From assembly GCF_006345805.1 (NCBI RefSeq), contig NC_043003.1, forward strand, positions 111,972,001 through 112,036,000: a stretch of DNA of 64,000 bases, in the 5' to 3' direction. Origin of the DNA: Octopus sinensis. Lineage: Eukaryota. The notes under the pieces were generated by a model. The model did no database searches. It saw only the letters and a program-made list of their open reading frames with translations, and had not been told where the DNA came from. Within the stretch, counting starts at the first letter, position 1. The number at the start of each line of letters is the position of its first letter. This document shows, piece after piece, positions 40,488 to 52,825 of the stretch. A program made the position numbers and the translations under genes.

Positions 40488-40735
40488 GGAGATAGTGGTT
40501 TAGTGATTACGGTGTCAGCATCATGATCGTAAGATTATGGTTTCGATTCTTGGAATGGGTGATGCGTTCTGTTCTTGAGCAAAACACTTAATTTCACGCT
40601 GCTCCAGTCCACTCAGCTGGCAAAAATGAGTAACGCTGCGATGGACTAGCGTTCCGTCCAGCTGGGGAACACATACGCCATTGAAACCGGGAAGCCGGGC
40701 CCATGAACCTGGTTAGGCTTTGATAGGACGCATTT
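40488..40735 (+). mobile_element. SINE group C, copy 2
   Basis: tggtttagtg..ggtttcgattct (A/B boxes), core shared with 35590-35910, then ctgcgatggactagcgttccgtccag. Confidence 0.75.
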
Positions 40736-41305
40736 ATTATATATATTAACATCTATGCGAGATCGAGTGTATGTGTTCATGTGTCATTATAAGTATATTC
40801 ATAGATATTCATAGCGATGTATAAAATGATATCGATGTTTATAAATAACTACGTAAGAATACACGTATACGTACATACATACATACATATATGTGTGATT
40901 GTGTATATGTGTATGTATATGTACACACATATATACATACATGAATACAGACATATTTTATAATACGAAATAATCTCATGCTATAATGATCTTTCCCTGA
41001 CAATACCTCCAATTCTCAATTTCTTTCTTATGCTCCAGGAGAAACAACTTCGTTGCGAATCTAATCATATTTTTGGAAACCTTTTAATTAATTTCTGACA
41101 AAAACTTAATACTGACTTTTCCGCTACATTCTGACTATTATTTGCTTTTTTTTATATCTGGTTACAACCACTCGTTACGTAAGACAGAAAAAATCGTAAT
41201 AAGCGTTAATGTTAATATCTCTTTCTTTCTCTTTCTCTTTCTACCTACCTACCTATCTATTTATCTACACATAGATACATCCGTACATGCATATACACGT
41301 ATAGG

Positions 41306-41366
<61 letters not shown>

Positions 41367-41447
41367 TGAATGTATACATGCTTTTATATTACGTATAAAT
41401 ATACATATATGTGTGTGTGGTTCTCTATATATATATGTGTATGTATG

Positions 41448-41531
<84 letters not shown>

Positions 41532-41819
41532 GTTTTATTGTTATAGAAGTCCTTGAAATAAATCAAAAATTCGCAGCGTTAAGATGGAAAAAATGCTGAA
41601 TACAAACAAGAAAATAAATATAAGAATGTGATGCTGCTGAAATACAATATTCCACATGGCGGATTTCTTAAGTACACAATCCAAATATTTTGATTGTATG
41701 AGAAAATGAAATGTATATATATCGACATATATATGTAATAAGATTTTGTGCCTTACGTCCATTTATTAATATATATAAAATATATTAGCCCAAAATATGT
41801 TGGCAGATGTATATCTTTC

Positions 41820-41859
41820 TGTCTGTCTATCTATCTATCTATCTATCTTTCTATCTATC

Positions 41860-41955
<96 letters not shown>
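41820..41955. repeat. (TCTA)n microsatellite
   Basis: Direct reading. Confidence 0.97.
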
Positions 41956-42178
41956 GATCTATCTCTCTGTATGTCCGTCTTACTATCTATCTATCTATCC
42001 ATCTCTCTGCCTATCTGTCTAATTGTCTACCTATCTATCTGCATCAAACTATTTCTGTATTTATTTGTATACCGATATATCTCGCTATATAATGTGTTGA
42101 ATGTGGGGGGTTGAGTGTGTGAGTGTGTAATGGTGTATATTTAGATAGATAGATAGATAGAGATATATAGATATAGAT

Positions 42179-42233
<55 letters not shown>

Positions 42234-42244
42234 CATATATATAT

Positions 42245-42297
<53 letters not shown>

Positions 42298-42298
42298 C

Positions 42299-42330
<32 letters not shown>

Positions 42331-42348
42331 ATATAATATATATATATA

Positions 42349-42381
<33 letters not shown>

Positions 42382-42400
42382 ATATATATATATATATATA

Positions 42401-42990
42401 ACAATTTAGGAGTGACCCTTAACAGGCCATTCGTCCACAAGAAAGAGCAGCCATAACTCACACCGCCAAGTAGTAGTAATTCAGAAATTAGGTGAAAATT
42501 TAAAAACATTTACCCTAATTCAACTTTTAGACGATGCATCGTTTCTGTGTATTAATGATTAAATTAGCTTAATTAAATTAAATTAAGCTAATCTACCATA
42601 GGTCACACTTCATCAGTAAAAACCTGGGAGAGACAAATATACACGAGGCGTCTGTATCGATGCCTCCGGAATATCTGTCTTAAAATTTTCAAGACCGACG
42701 TATTCGCGCCAAACTTATCAGCAGTAAATATAAACTGCCGATTCAATCTCAGAATTATTCAGAAAATTATCAATTAGTCAATTTAGGGTAGCAAGAAATT
42801 CAATAGAAATTTATCGCTACCAGCGGCCTAGTGGAAAAGAGAAAATAGTCAAAGACTAAATATATAAATATAACAATTTAGGAGTGACCCTTAACAGGCC
42901 ATTCGTCCACCAGAAAGAGCAGCCATAACTCACACCGCCAAGTAGTAGTAATTCAGAAATTAGGTGAAAATTTAAAAACATTTACCCTAA
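42401..42990 (-). mobile_element. Retrozyme-like partial-tandem non-coding element (472-bp unit, 118-bp direct repeats)
   Basis: 42401-42518 equals 42873-42990 except for one substitution seen; flanked by (TA)n; internal hammerhead; no ORF. Confidence 0.75.
42523..42623 (-). ncRNA. Type I hammerhead ribozyme with extended stem II
   Basis: GTTTTTA CTGATGA A GTGTG..AGATTAGCTTAATT-taattt-AATTAAGCTAATTT..TACAC A GAAA CGATGCATCG TC TAAAAGT; intact core and GUC triplet. Confidence 0.8.
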
Positions 42991-44613
42991 AATATATATA
43001 TATATATATATAATTATACATATAATTGTAGATATAAAGAGTGAGAGGAAAGCTGTAGAAACCGACTGATACATAGATAAATGAATAGATGTTAGATAGG
43101 GAAAACGTTCCTTCGTTTTATGACGATACTCTGCCCAACACAACGTATCGATGTAGAAGATCATGCAACACAAATGTTTCGACATATTCCGTCTCATTAC
43201 CCAGAAATACTTACCATGACATTGAGACTAGCGAAGAAGTTGGTTTTTACTGATAATTTTAGCGAATAAAAAGTTTGCTGGACATTGCTTATATCTGCCG
43301 ATATATATATTAAATTTATATTTGCGTCTCGTACAGCGAGGTCTTGAACGAATATTTAACATATTTATACTTAAACTGTCTTCGTAGGTTCAGAGTGAAG
43401 TATGGCAATCGTTTTAGCGCGCGGCGACGGAGAATAAGCCCTTCCTTTCATGATAAAGTGTAAAATACTCAAGTTGTTGCAGAGGATTCTGGGACACCGG
43501 TGTCACCCCTGCTATAAGTTCTTCGGACTTTTGAGTCTCGCTAAGGAGCTGGCCTTTGTTTTTGTTTTTTCACTTTTAGGGAACATTATATTTGCAGATC
43601 GGTGCTATTAAATCCAGCAATTGATTTTAAATCATATTTTTATATACTGTCTACTCCTTATCTTCATCAACGAGAAAAGATTTTGTCTTTGGACTAGTAT
43701 ATTTTGCCTCTTTATCTCCCTAATCATATGAAATGTGTAAGTTTTCGTTCCATATCTCTCTCTACAGGGTTTAAATAACGGTTTCTATCGATTAGCAGAT
43801 ATAAGAAACGATCAGCAAGCATGTTGGTCGCTGAAAAAATAAACAAAGCACAGCTTCTTGGCTAGACTCCAAGATCTGAGGAGCATCTGGCTGATGAGGC
43901 ACCCATGACGGAAAACAAGTGTTCCAGAATTCTCTGCGGCATGTGCGGAGAAAAATCTCTCTCTTTCATGTCAATATTTTGTTGAATACCATATTCTCAT
44001 GAGAGAGGTTTTTCTCTTTTGATATTCATTACACCGACAAGCTTACTTTGCGACTTAGCATATCTAGATAGATTAATAGACTTAGTTCAGGCTGGCGAGA
44101 GATGTATTTTGCTAGACTCCAAATACTAAGACACGCTATGTGCAACTTGAACAACATCAGGTAAAAGATGGCGTGAAAATATAAAGAGAGCGGTAACTGA
44201 TATCATGGGTGGAAAATAGAGTGTCCGAGTGATGTATTGAGTATATTTGTTTAGTACGGAACAAAGGGTATATGACACAACATAGTGACGAAAGGGCAGC
44301 TGATCTGAATTAGGGGTGTAAACGCAACCAGGTCCGGGATTCCGTGGCCAATGTAGATACTATATAAAGTGCAGATACAATAAATCCTACATCAATATGG
44401 CAAAAATATAGTGCAAAGCTATAGTTCAGTACCGCAAATAGAAAATGAGCCTGTATATGGCTGTGCAGCCTGCTAGATATATTCGCTAAGTTCCATTAAA
44501 CACACCCTCATGTCTTAGTACAAATGATATAATACATTGTAGAGTATGATTCAATGAGTGTCATGTTCTGCTCATAAACCAACTGAAATCTTATCATCGA
44601 AACGGATATATAT

Positions 44614-44838
44614 ATTTCTTTACTACCCACACGGGGCTAAACACAGAGGGGACAAACAAGGACAGACAAACGGATTAAGTCGATTACATCGATCCCAGTG
44701 CTTAACTGGTACTTAATTTATCGACCCCGAAAGGATGAAAGGCAAAGTCGACCTCGGCGGAATTTGAACTCAGAACGTAGCGGCAGACGAAATACGGCTA
44801 CGCATTTCGCCCGGCGTGCTAACGTCTCTGCCAACTCG
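44614..44838 (-). mobile_element. SINE group D with target-site duplication
   Basis: Homologous to 48890-49117; cggatatatat occurs at 44603-44613 and 44837-44847. Confidence 0.9.
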
Positions 44839-47235
44839 GATATATATGCTTTTACTGAAATACAGTTAATATAAGACAGAATGAAACTGTTCAGGGTCCA
44901 ATTCCGGTTTCTCTATTGCCATTCACACTTCAGTAACTTTTAAAGTAATAACTACTTGCCTTTGTTGTTTGATGTTGCTATTGTTTTATTTGTTGGTTTA
45001 CTTGTTTTACTCATTTGTGACTGAGTAAAACAAAGGATACAACCATTTCAGCTACGGTAATCAATTCTTTTTGTATAATTATGACTACACAAATATATGC
45101 TTGCTATTTCAAACAAAAAGAGTGTTCACATTGATGAGTTCTGTTTGATCCGTGAACTACGCGTTTCTATTCCGTACCAGGTTAGCCTGATTCAATGTAT
45201 CCGGCGTTTTCTTTCAGACTGCTATTTTAAAAACAGTTATCGAGATATCGAGAACCTAGACGCTCGTAGGACAGATTTCGATAAAGACTGCTTAGTTGAC
45301 ACGTACTAGAAATGCACCGAGTTGAATCAATGGTAAGTTGATTAATTGTTAATATTTTAAGGAGATGCTGTTATAGTTATTCATCTGTGGAAACTATAAC
45401 GGCGGGGGCTTAAGTAAAAATATCATTGAATTAAACGTAAGGGGATAGCATACTGACAATATCCAACTATATTACAGAGATAAAATTTGAAATCGTCTTT
45501 ATTTGATAACAGGACACTTCAGAAAATTTTCAAGAATTGTGGAACGAAATATTATAGTGGATAGCATTGAGTTGGAGCTGGGATAAATGACCAGGTAGTT
45601 ATAATCAAATTTGATCTGCAATCTAGAGATGGGAAATATTTATTTAGAATAGTTTATCTGCTGTAAGTATTCGCTCTAAATTCTCATACCACCAATCTCA
45701 GACACCTTTTTATGCTCACTCTAGTTCCTTATTTGAATAAGTTATTTACAAGATATAGACTATACAAAAGCCATGGCTGTTAGAGTCAATATCCCTACGG
45801 ATAACGACTAAATGTCCCCTCTTTGAACTGACACTGGAATTATCTAGTTATATTATAGAATCATTAATGCTTCCAGTATAGATTTCATGATCTTGTGATG
45901 CACTTTTAGTCTCGTTCTTGAGGCCTGACTATCATTCAACAACTAACATTGCTACCAAAAACTTCAGTGTTTGCCATTCTATGGCGACAAATATTTGATT
46001 GAAGGTGAAGTGAATTTACATAATCAATAAATATTACATCACAGATAAAGAATCAGAAAATAAAATACAAAGAGCGATATATAAAGTGTACCAACATTTC
46101 TCAGACATGTACCAACATTTCTCATGATCAGACACTTAAATTGTCAAGGTTAAGTTTCCCAGCGTAGATGGAACACATATTCTAAATTACACTTTTCGCA
46201 AAACATATAGTAACGGTTGACAAATACGTGTTACAAATGATTATTAAAGACGTAAAGTGACATACAATTTTACTCAGAAAATATACTACGTGGGAGAAAA
46301 ATATTTCGACTTTTGAAATATAGGATAAAGAGTGAGCAATCATGAATTTTACAGAAAATATTTAATATTTGGTACATATTTTTAACCGTTTAATAAACCC
46401 ATTGGGATTGTTTTCTGTGCAAATGTAGGCTGGAACCATAGCTAAACGTTGTTTTTCTCAAATTAGTGAATACTAACACAAACAGAGCACGTACCAATAT
46501 TTGTACAATAGTACAAAGTTTAAAATTTAGACTACAAAGTAACAGATGCGAACCACTTCACCCTAGTTGTGTATGTGTGTGTATGTGTGTATGTGTTTAC
46601 ATACATGCATACATACATACATATATTTTTGTTTCTTTATTGCAACGAAATATTTACATTTTTTCTTAAACAGACTATCTTAGAACTGAAAAAACGACTC
46701 AGATACAATAAACAATTACGACTAAAATAAATAGGCTATTATTGGGAATGTATTTCAACATAAGACTATATACATTGAGTAAATTCAATACAGTGCGGTA
46801 CACAAAGACGTGACATTACGCAAATAATGAGAAATTCAAACAAGCGTAAAGAAAAGAAATTCATGAATTGTAAAAAAGCAAGATATCACCAGGAATTCGA
46901 ATAGTAATTAAAATTAGAAAGATTTTCAGCCAATGAGAAAAAGAACCGATACAACGTAGAAATGTTCAGATATTTAAAGAGACATAATGATACAGAATCT
47001 TGACAGATAAATAAAACGGCTATTTCTTTTTTAACGTCTAATTTTCTTGACATCCATCTAAGACAGTAGATGGGCGAAGCATTCGATAAAAATATTCAAG
47101 AGATAAAAAAAAAATTAGAGGAATGATACATTACATGAAATAGACAGATAATTTATATAAATAAATAGGTAGGCAGGTAGATAGGTAGGTAGGTAGGTAG
47201 GTAGGTAGATTGATAGATAGATAGATAGGTAATGT

Positions 47236-47279
<44 letters not shown>

Positions 47280-47404
47280 TTAGGTATAAAATATATACAT
47301 ATCTAAATAACATATATGCATATATATTATGTAAAAATATATACGTATAAATGTATATATACATGTATTTATATGCATATATATAGATACATATATATAT
47401 ATAT

Positions 47405-47523
47405 ATCACCGTGATCACCGTGACCGACCAGGCTATCAGATGTTGTTACACATCGCTGGTCACAATGTGCTTCGCATTGTTTTAGCCTTCAAGTGACGCC
47501 ACCCAGCTGGCCAAGCGAGCAGG

Positions 47524-47528
<5 letters not shown>
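47405..47528 (-). mobile_element. SINE group B tail fragment (or 3' end of its partner LINE)
   Basis: Reverse complement of ~40081-40194; ends in cacggtgat tandem. Confidence 0.8.
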
Positions 47529-47605
<77 letters not shown>

Positions 47606-47630
47606 TACATACACACACACATACATACAC

Positions 47631-48165
47631 GTGACCTGTGGTGGTTGTAATAGTGGTGATTGGAATTCTGAATAAATTCATGGGTAGTGACTGAATATAT
47701 CGTTTTTAATATTTGTGTGGGTATTATTCTAAGTCTTTGTAGTAGTATCATCTGTGGTGAACGCATTCAAAAGGGGTTTATATTTTGTGATATATTATGA
47801 CTCTTTGCTAATGCGCTGATTACAGGTTGCATCGACTCTGAATTTATAGAGGGGGAAAATTCTGAAACTGAGTTGTTCGTTAGTGGAGCAAATATCAATG
47901 TGTTCGCTAAATGCTATTTTTCTGTAGCTGTTTTTGGTTTCGCCTATGCATTGCTCTCGATAGCCTGAGCATGTATTAACTTGCACCGTCAACGCATCAG
48001 CAAAGAATCCTCTTTCTAAAGGGGGTCCACCTCACATGACACTACTACAAGGGCCTTAGAATAATACCCACAAAAATATTAAAAACGATATATTCAGAAC
48101 AGTTACTACCCATGAAATTATTCAGAACAATTCCAGTCATTACTCTTACAACCACAACAGGTCAC
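47631..48165 (-). mobile_element. Penelope-like GIY-YIG 3' remnant with inverted terminal copy
   Basis: TCSGYREQCIGET..SEHIDIC..FRIFPLYK..RISKES*YITKYKPLLN; 47631-47775 and 48013-48165 are inverted repeats. Confidence 0.78.
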
Positions 48166-48261
48166 TTTTTGGTCACTTGAACATTTAAAAGGATTCCACC
48201 AACATCCTACTACTGTCATACCACTCCAATATTTTTCTTACTCAGTCTCTTCTTTCCCTAC

Positions 48262-48355
48262 ATCTTCTTCTTCTTCTTCTTCTTCTTCTTCTTCTTCTTC
48301 TTCTTCTTCTTCTTCTTCTTCTTCTTCTTCTTCTTCTTCTTCTTCTTCTTCTTCT
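48262..48355. repeat. (TTC)n microsatellite
   Basis: Direct reading. Confidence 0.97.
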
Positions 48356-48619
48356 CCGTCTTCTTCGCCGCTGCCGCCTCCTTCCTCGGCTACTGCTGAT
48401 TAAACAATCAAAACCAAGAAATTATATCAAAATATTCTGCTGCTGCTGCTACTACTACTACTACTACTACTACTACCTACTACCAAGAGTTCACAAGCGT
48501 AAAAAAAGACAGACAGACAGAAAAAAGGGAAATGGCCCATGCATTTGAAATCTATAGAGATATTTTTTAAAACATTTCTTTTCTTTGTTTTTCATGCTTT
48601 ATTCTCAGATGAAAATTTT

Positions 48620-49195
48620 TTTAGGTAGATAGGTAGTTAGTTACGTAGGTAGGTAAGCAGGTAGGTAGGTAGGAAGGTAGGTAGGTAGGTACGTAGGTAA
48701 GCAGGTAGGTAGGTAGGTAGGTAGGTAGGTAGGTAGTAGGTAGGTAAGTAGGTAGGTAGGAAGGTAGGTAGGTAGGTAGGAAGATAGGTAGGTAGGTATG
48801 CAGGTAGGTAGGTTGGTAGGTGGGTAGGTAGGTAGATAGGTAGGTAGGTAGGTAGGTAGGTAGGTAGGTAGGTAGGTAGGTAGGTAGGCAGGCGGTAAGC
48901 TGGAAGGAACGTTAGCAAGCCGGGCAAAATGCTTAGCAGTATTTCGTCTGCCGCTAGGTTCTGAGTTCAAATTCCACTGAGGTCGACTTTCATCCTTTCG
49001 GGGTAGATTAAATAAGTACCAGTTACGCACTGGGGTCGATATAATCGTCTTAATCCGTTTGTCTGTCCTTGTTTGTCCTCTCTGTGTTTAGCCCCTTGTG
49101 GGTAGTGAAGAAATAGGTAGGTAAGTAGGTTGGTTGATTGTTTGTATGGTTGGTTGGTAGTTAAGTAGGTAGGTAAGTAGGTAGGTAGGTAGGTT
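48620..49195. repeat. Imperfect (TAGG)n tract, interrupted by a SINE
   Basis: Direct reading. Confidence 0.95.
48890..49117 (+). mobile_element. SINE group D
   Basis: aggcggtaagctggaaggaacgttagc..gagttcaaattcc (B box)..tttcatcctttcggggt; homologous to the other D copies. Confidence 0.9.
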
Positions 49196-50112
49196 CGGTA
49201 TGCGTGTATGTTTGTAGCACAAACCAGTAATGCTACAAAATATACTTGGTTTCCTCAAAAACAAATTCCGGTGTATTGAGATTGTTGTCAGTGTTTAATT
49301 TACTTGTCAAAATGCCATTGTGCTTCAAGTGTGAAAATAGATTTGCCTGTTTCTTTATAAATGTTACTTATGGATTGCATTTAGGATTGCATTTAGTTCT
49401 ACAACAGTATGCGTTTGTTATCATTCCCATGAGATATGATGAAGTGCTTTCCATGCACCATCACACATACACACACACACACACACAATACATACGCATA
49501 CACATACATGTTTACACACGCACATATTTATGACGGATTAAATGTTGGAGACATCGAAGACACTGTCATTTCTGTCCTTGTTAAAGAATATTTCTTTTGT
49601 TCTCTACCAAATGTATTGCGTAGTCTTCACTTTAATTTAAAATCTTGCATTATGATATAAAAAAATATCAAATATGCTTTTAGGACTGACATTACCTACT
49701 ATCAAGCCTCATAAAAGATGTATATATATATATAATATAAATAATATATATGCATATATACACACATATGTACATACATATGTATGAATATAGGTATACA
49801 TATATGGGTACAGGATGTCACAAAACTTTAACTACGTGAAATACGGAAATAACGTTGGGTACGCAAAGAACGAGTGGAACTAATGAAAAACAAGACAAGT
49901 AAGATAAAAATGACTCTTTTCTGTAGTTTCCAGCTATCCTGCTACTCCTTACGTCGAGCAATGGACGACAAGAGAAGACTTTGAAGGCAGTTGCTCCTGC
50001 GAACCAAAAGAAAATTTGGGATTTGCGGAGAATCAAAGTTAGTAGCAAAAACAGGACATACAATGAACCAAACCAAACGAATACAAACAGGGAGATCCGT
50101 TACAACATATTT

Positions 50113-50490
50113 AGGCGCAGTCGTGGCTCCGTGGTAAAATGCTTGCTTCTCAACCACATTGTACCAGGTTGTGTCCCTCTGCGTGGCACCATTGGCAACT
50201 GTCTTCTGCCATATTTCGGCCCGACCATAGCCCTTTGGTAGACAGAAACTGAAAGACGCCCATACATGTATATATTTGTTTGTGTGTGTCTGTCATTTTT
50301 GCCTCCCACACCATCGCTTTGCAATCGATGTTAGTGCGTTTACGTCCCAGTAACTTAGCGTTTCGGCACAAGAGGCTGATTCAATAATTACTTGTCTTAC
50401 AAAGGAGTCCTGGGTTTGATTTGTTCGAGTAAAGGCGTGGGTCAGCATGGCCACAGTCAAGTGACAGAAACAATAAAAGAATAAAATAAT
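50113..50490 (+). mobile_element. SINE group A, diverged copy
   Basis: aggcgcagtcgtggctccgtggtaa..ggtagacagaaactgaaaga..taacttagcgtttcggca..cagcatggccacagtcaa. Confidence 0.85.
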
Positions 50491-50547
50491 AAAGCAATAT
50501 ATATCTTTATGTACGTATGTATGCATATATGTGTGTGTGCATGTATA

Positions 50548-50581
<34 letters not shown>

Positions 50582-50758
50582 CGATTTCCTTTCTCCCTCT
50601 TCCTTTCTTTTGACTTTTTCTGTACTTCTGATGAAGAGCTCCGTTCGAAATGTGAAATCCGCTATCTTTTTGCTTTTCTGAGCGTCCAAGAACACTGTAC
50701 TTATTCCACGCCCTGGAGTTGTTGATTTCTTTCCTTGCTTGTTCATGTTTGGATTGAC

Positions 50759-50814
<56 letters not shown>

Positions 50815-51313
50815 CAGTATATAGGCCATACAAAATATACCTTCCGTAACAGGATGGCGGTGCATAAATCACAAATTAGAAACCCTGAATAACGGAAAAT
50901 ACCGGTCAGCGGACACATAGATAGATGTGCTGCAAATGTAAATCCGAAGTTTACAACTTACCCACTTTATAATTTAAGTGACAGCGTAACCTTCACGCAA
51001 CGCCAAAATAAAGAACTTTATTTCATAAAAAAAAATTTAGACCAAGTTTGAACACCCTGGGCCAGGAATATTAAAACAAAACTTTGGTCCTCCGATAAAG
51101 AGAAACGAAATTCTACCACAACCACTACGACTGCCCCAACTCGCACTACTACTACAACCACCGTGGTCACTGTTGCTACGGCCACAGTGAGAGAATTATA
51201 ATAATGGAGGTGGGGCAAATTACAATTTCTCAGATCCTTAAACAGTCACTCACGCTGACAGTGATATGTCTTAGGGAAGGAAAAATTTATAAAAAGATCT
51301 CTTTCTCTACGAG

Positions 51314-51618
51314 CAGATCTAATCCTGATTCGTGAAAAAATTGATGACGTATTACCTCAGTGGTCAAGCTATTGTCACCCTGCTTGGTCGGTTTCCTCAC
51401 ACGATACAGCTATGGGTCAGACCCGATTCTGATTCGTCAAAAGCATTGATGACGTCTTTCTTCCGTGGTTAAACTACTCGTTCTGCTGGACTAGCCACCT
51501 AACAGGATACAGTCATGGGTCAGATCTAATTTCGATTCGTCAAAAAAATGATGACGCATTTCTTCCGTGGCCAAACTGTCGTTCCGCTTGGTTGGTTTCC
51601 TAACAGGATACAGTTAGG
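51314..51618. repeat. Minisatellite, 3 diverged ~103-bp units
   Basis: Units start at ~51314, 51418 and 51521 (caga..gattcgt.aaaa..tgatgacg..gatacag). Confidence 0.85.
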
Positions 51619-51840
51619 AGTATTTTCACTATATTCGTTGAGACTGAGTTTTGATTGGTTTGGAACTATATGACGTCAGTGAAAAGTGCAAGTGACCACA
51701 GCTTAGCTGAGCTGATATAAATCCAACAATCACAAAAATTACCAAAATTATGCGAGCAGACACCGACCAAAAATCATTACTGTTGCTCCTATTGGAACAC
51801 AAGGTAAAATCTAAAATGAATTCCTCGCCTTTTCGAGAAC

Positions 51841-52172
51841 ATGATTTTTTTATATTTGACTCTATTGAATGTATGTCACAATTATGAACTATTACATCAT
51901 ACTCTTTAAACATATAGCATGGACTCTCTTTATTATATATGATTTTTTTATATTTACTCTATTGAATATTATATTTGATTTTTTTATATTTGACTCTATT
52001 GAATATATGTATCAATTATGAACTACTACATCATACTCTTTAAACATATAGCCTGGACTCTCTTTGTTATATATGAATTTTTTATATTTGACTCTATTTA
52101 ATATATGTCACAATTATGAACTATTACATCATACTCTTTAAACATATAGCATGGACTCTCTTTATTACATAT
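51841..52172. repeat. Minisatellite, ~97-bp units x3 plus a partial unit
   Basis: tttatatttgactctatt..attatgaacta(t/c)tacatcatactctttaaacatatagc.tggactctcttt is repeated. Confidence 0.9.
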
Positions 52173-52303
52173 AATATTTTTTGATAAGGTTCGTCATTTC
52201 AAGAACCGAAACCTGTTAAATTAAAATTTGTGTAATATAGCAGCATTTTCAAACTTCATTTTTTACAAATATATACCCACTCGTATACGAACTAATCTTA
52301 TTG

Positions 52304-52403
<100 letters not shown>

Positions 52404-52782
52404 CCGCACGAATGCAATTATATATGAAAGAAGGTTTGAAAATCCAATTTTAAAAGATGTTTATTTATTTTACCGGTTTCACTTTTTTAGAAAAAATGGT
52501 CAAAAGTAAAATGTAAACGCTTGATTGTGTTAGTTACTGTTTGTCACAAAATGCTACAATACTTATATACATTCTTTGATAACAAGACCATGTTAAGAAC
52601 AGTTTACAAAGGAAAATCTTGGAAAAATATAAAAAAGTTTAACAAGTTCATCAAAATATTGGTCACAAAAGACTAAAATAGTCTTTTACGATAACATGGT
52701 GAACCAGGTCAGTTTAAGCTGTAAACATTTTTGAAATTAGTAAATAAACAGTTTTTAAAATTGCTTTTTCAAACCTTCTTCC

Positions 52783-52825
<43 letters not shown>

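Noticed and set aside
43888-43920. ctgatgag...ggaaaac as a hammerhead
   Set aside because: No stem II or stem I pairing and no proper UH site.
46084-46124. ~20-bp local tandem duplication (tgtaccaacatttctca x2)
   Set aside because: Ordinary slippage duplication with no further structure.
49816-50107. Possible solo LTR (TGT...ACA)
   Set aside because: No target-site duplication, PBS or second copy visible.
51314-52172. Regular repeats resembling a CRISPR array
   Set aside because: Whole units repeat with no unique spacers, there are no cas genes, and the context is eukaryotic.
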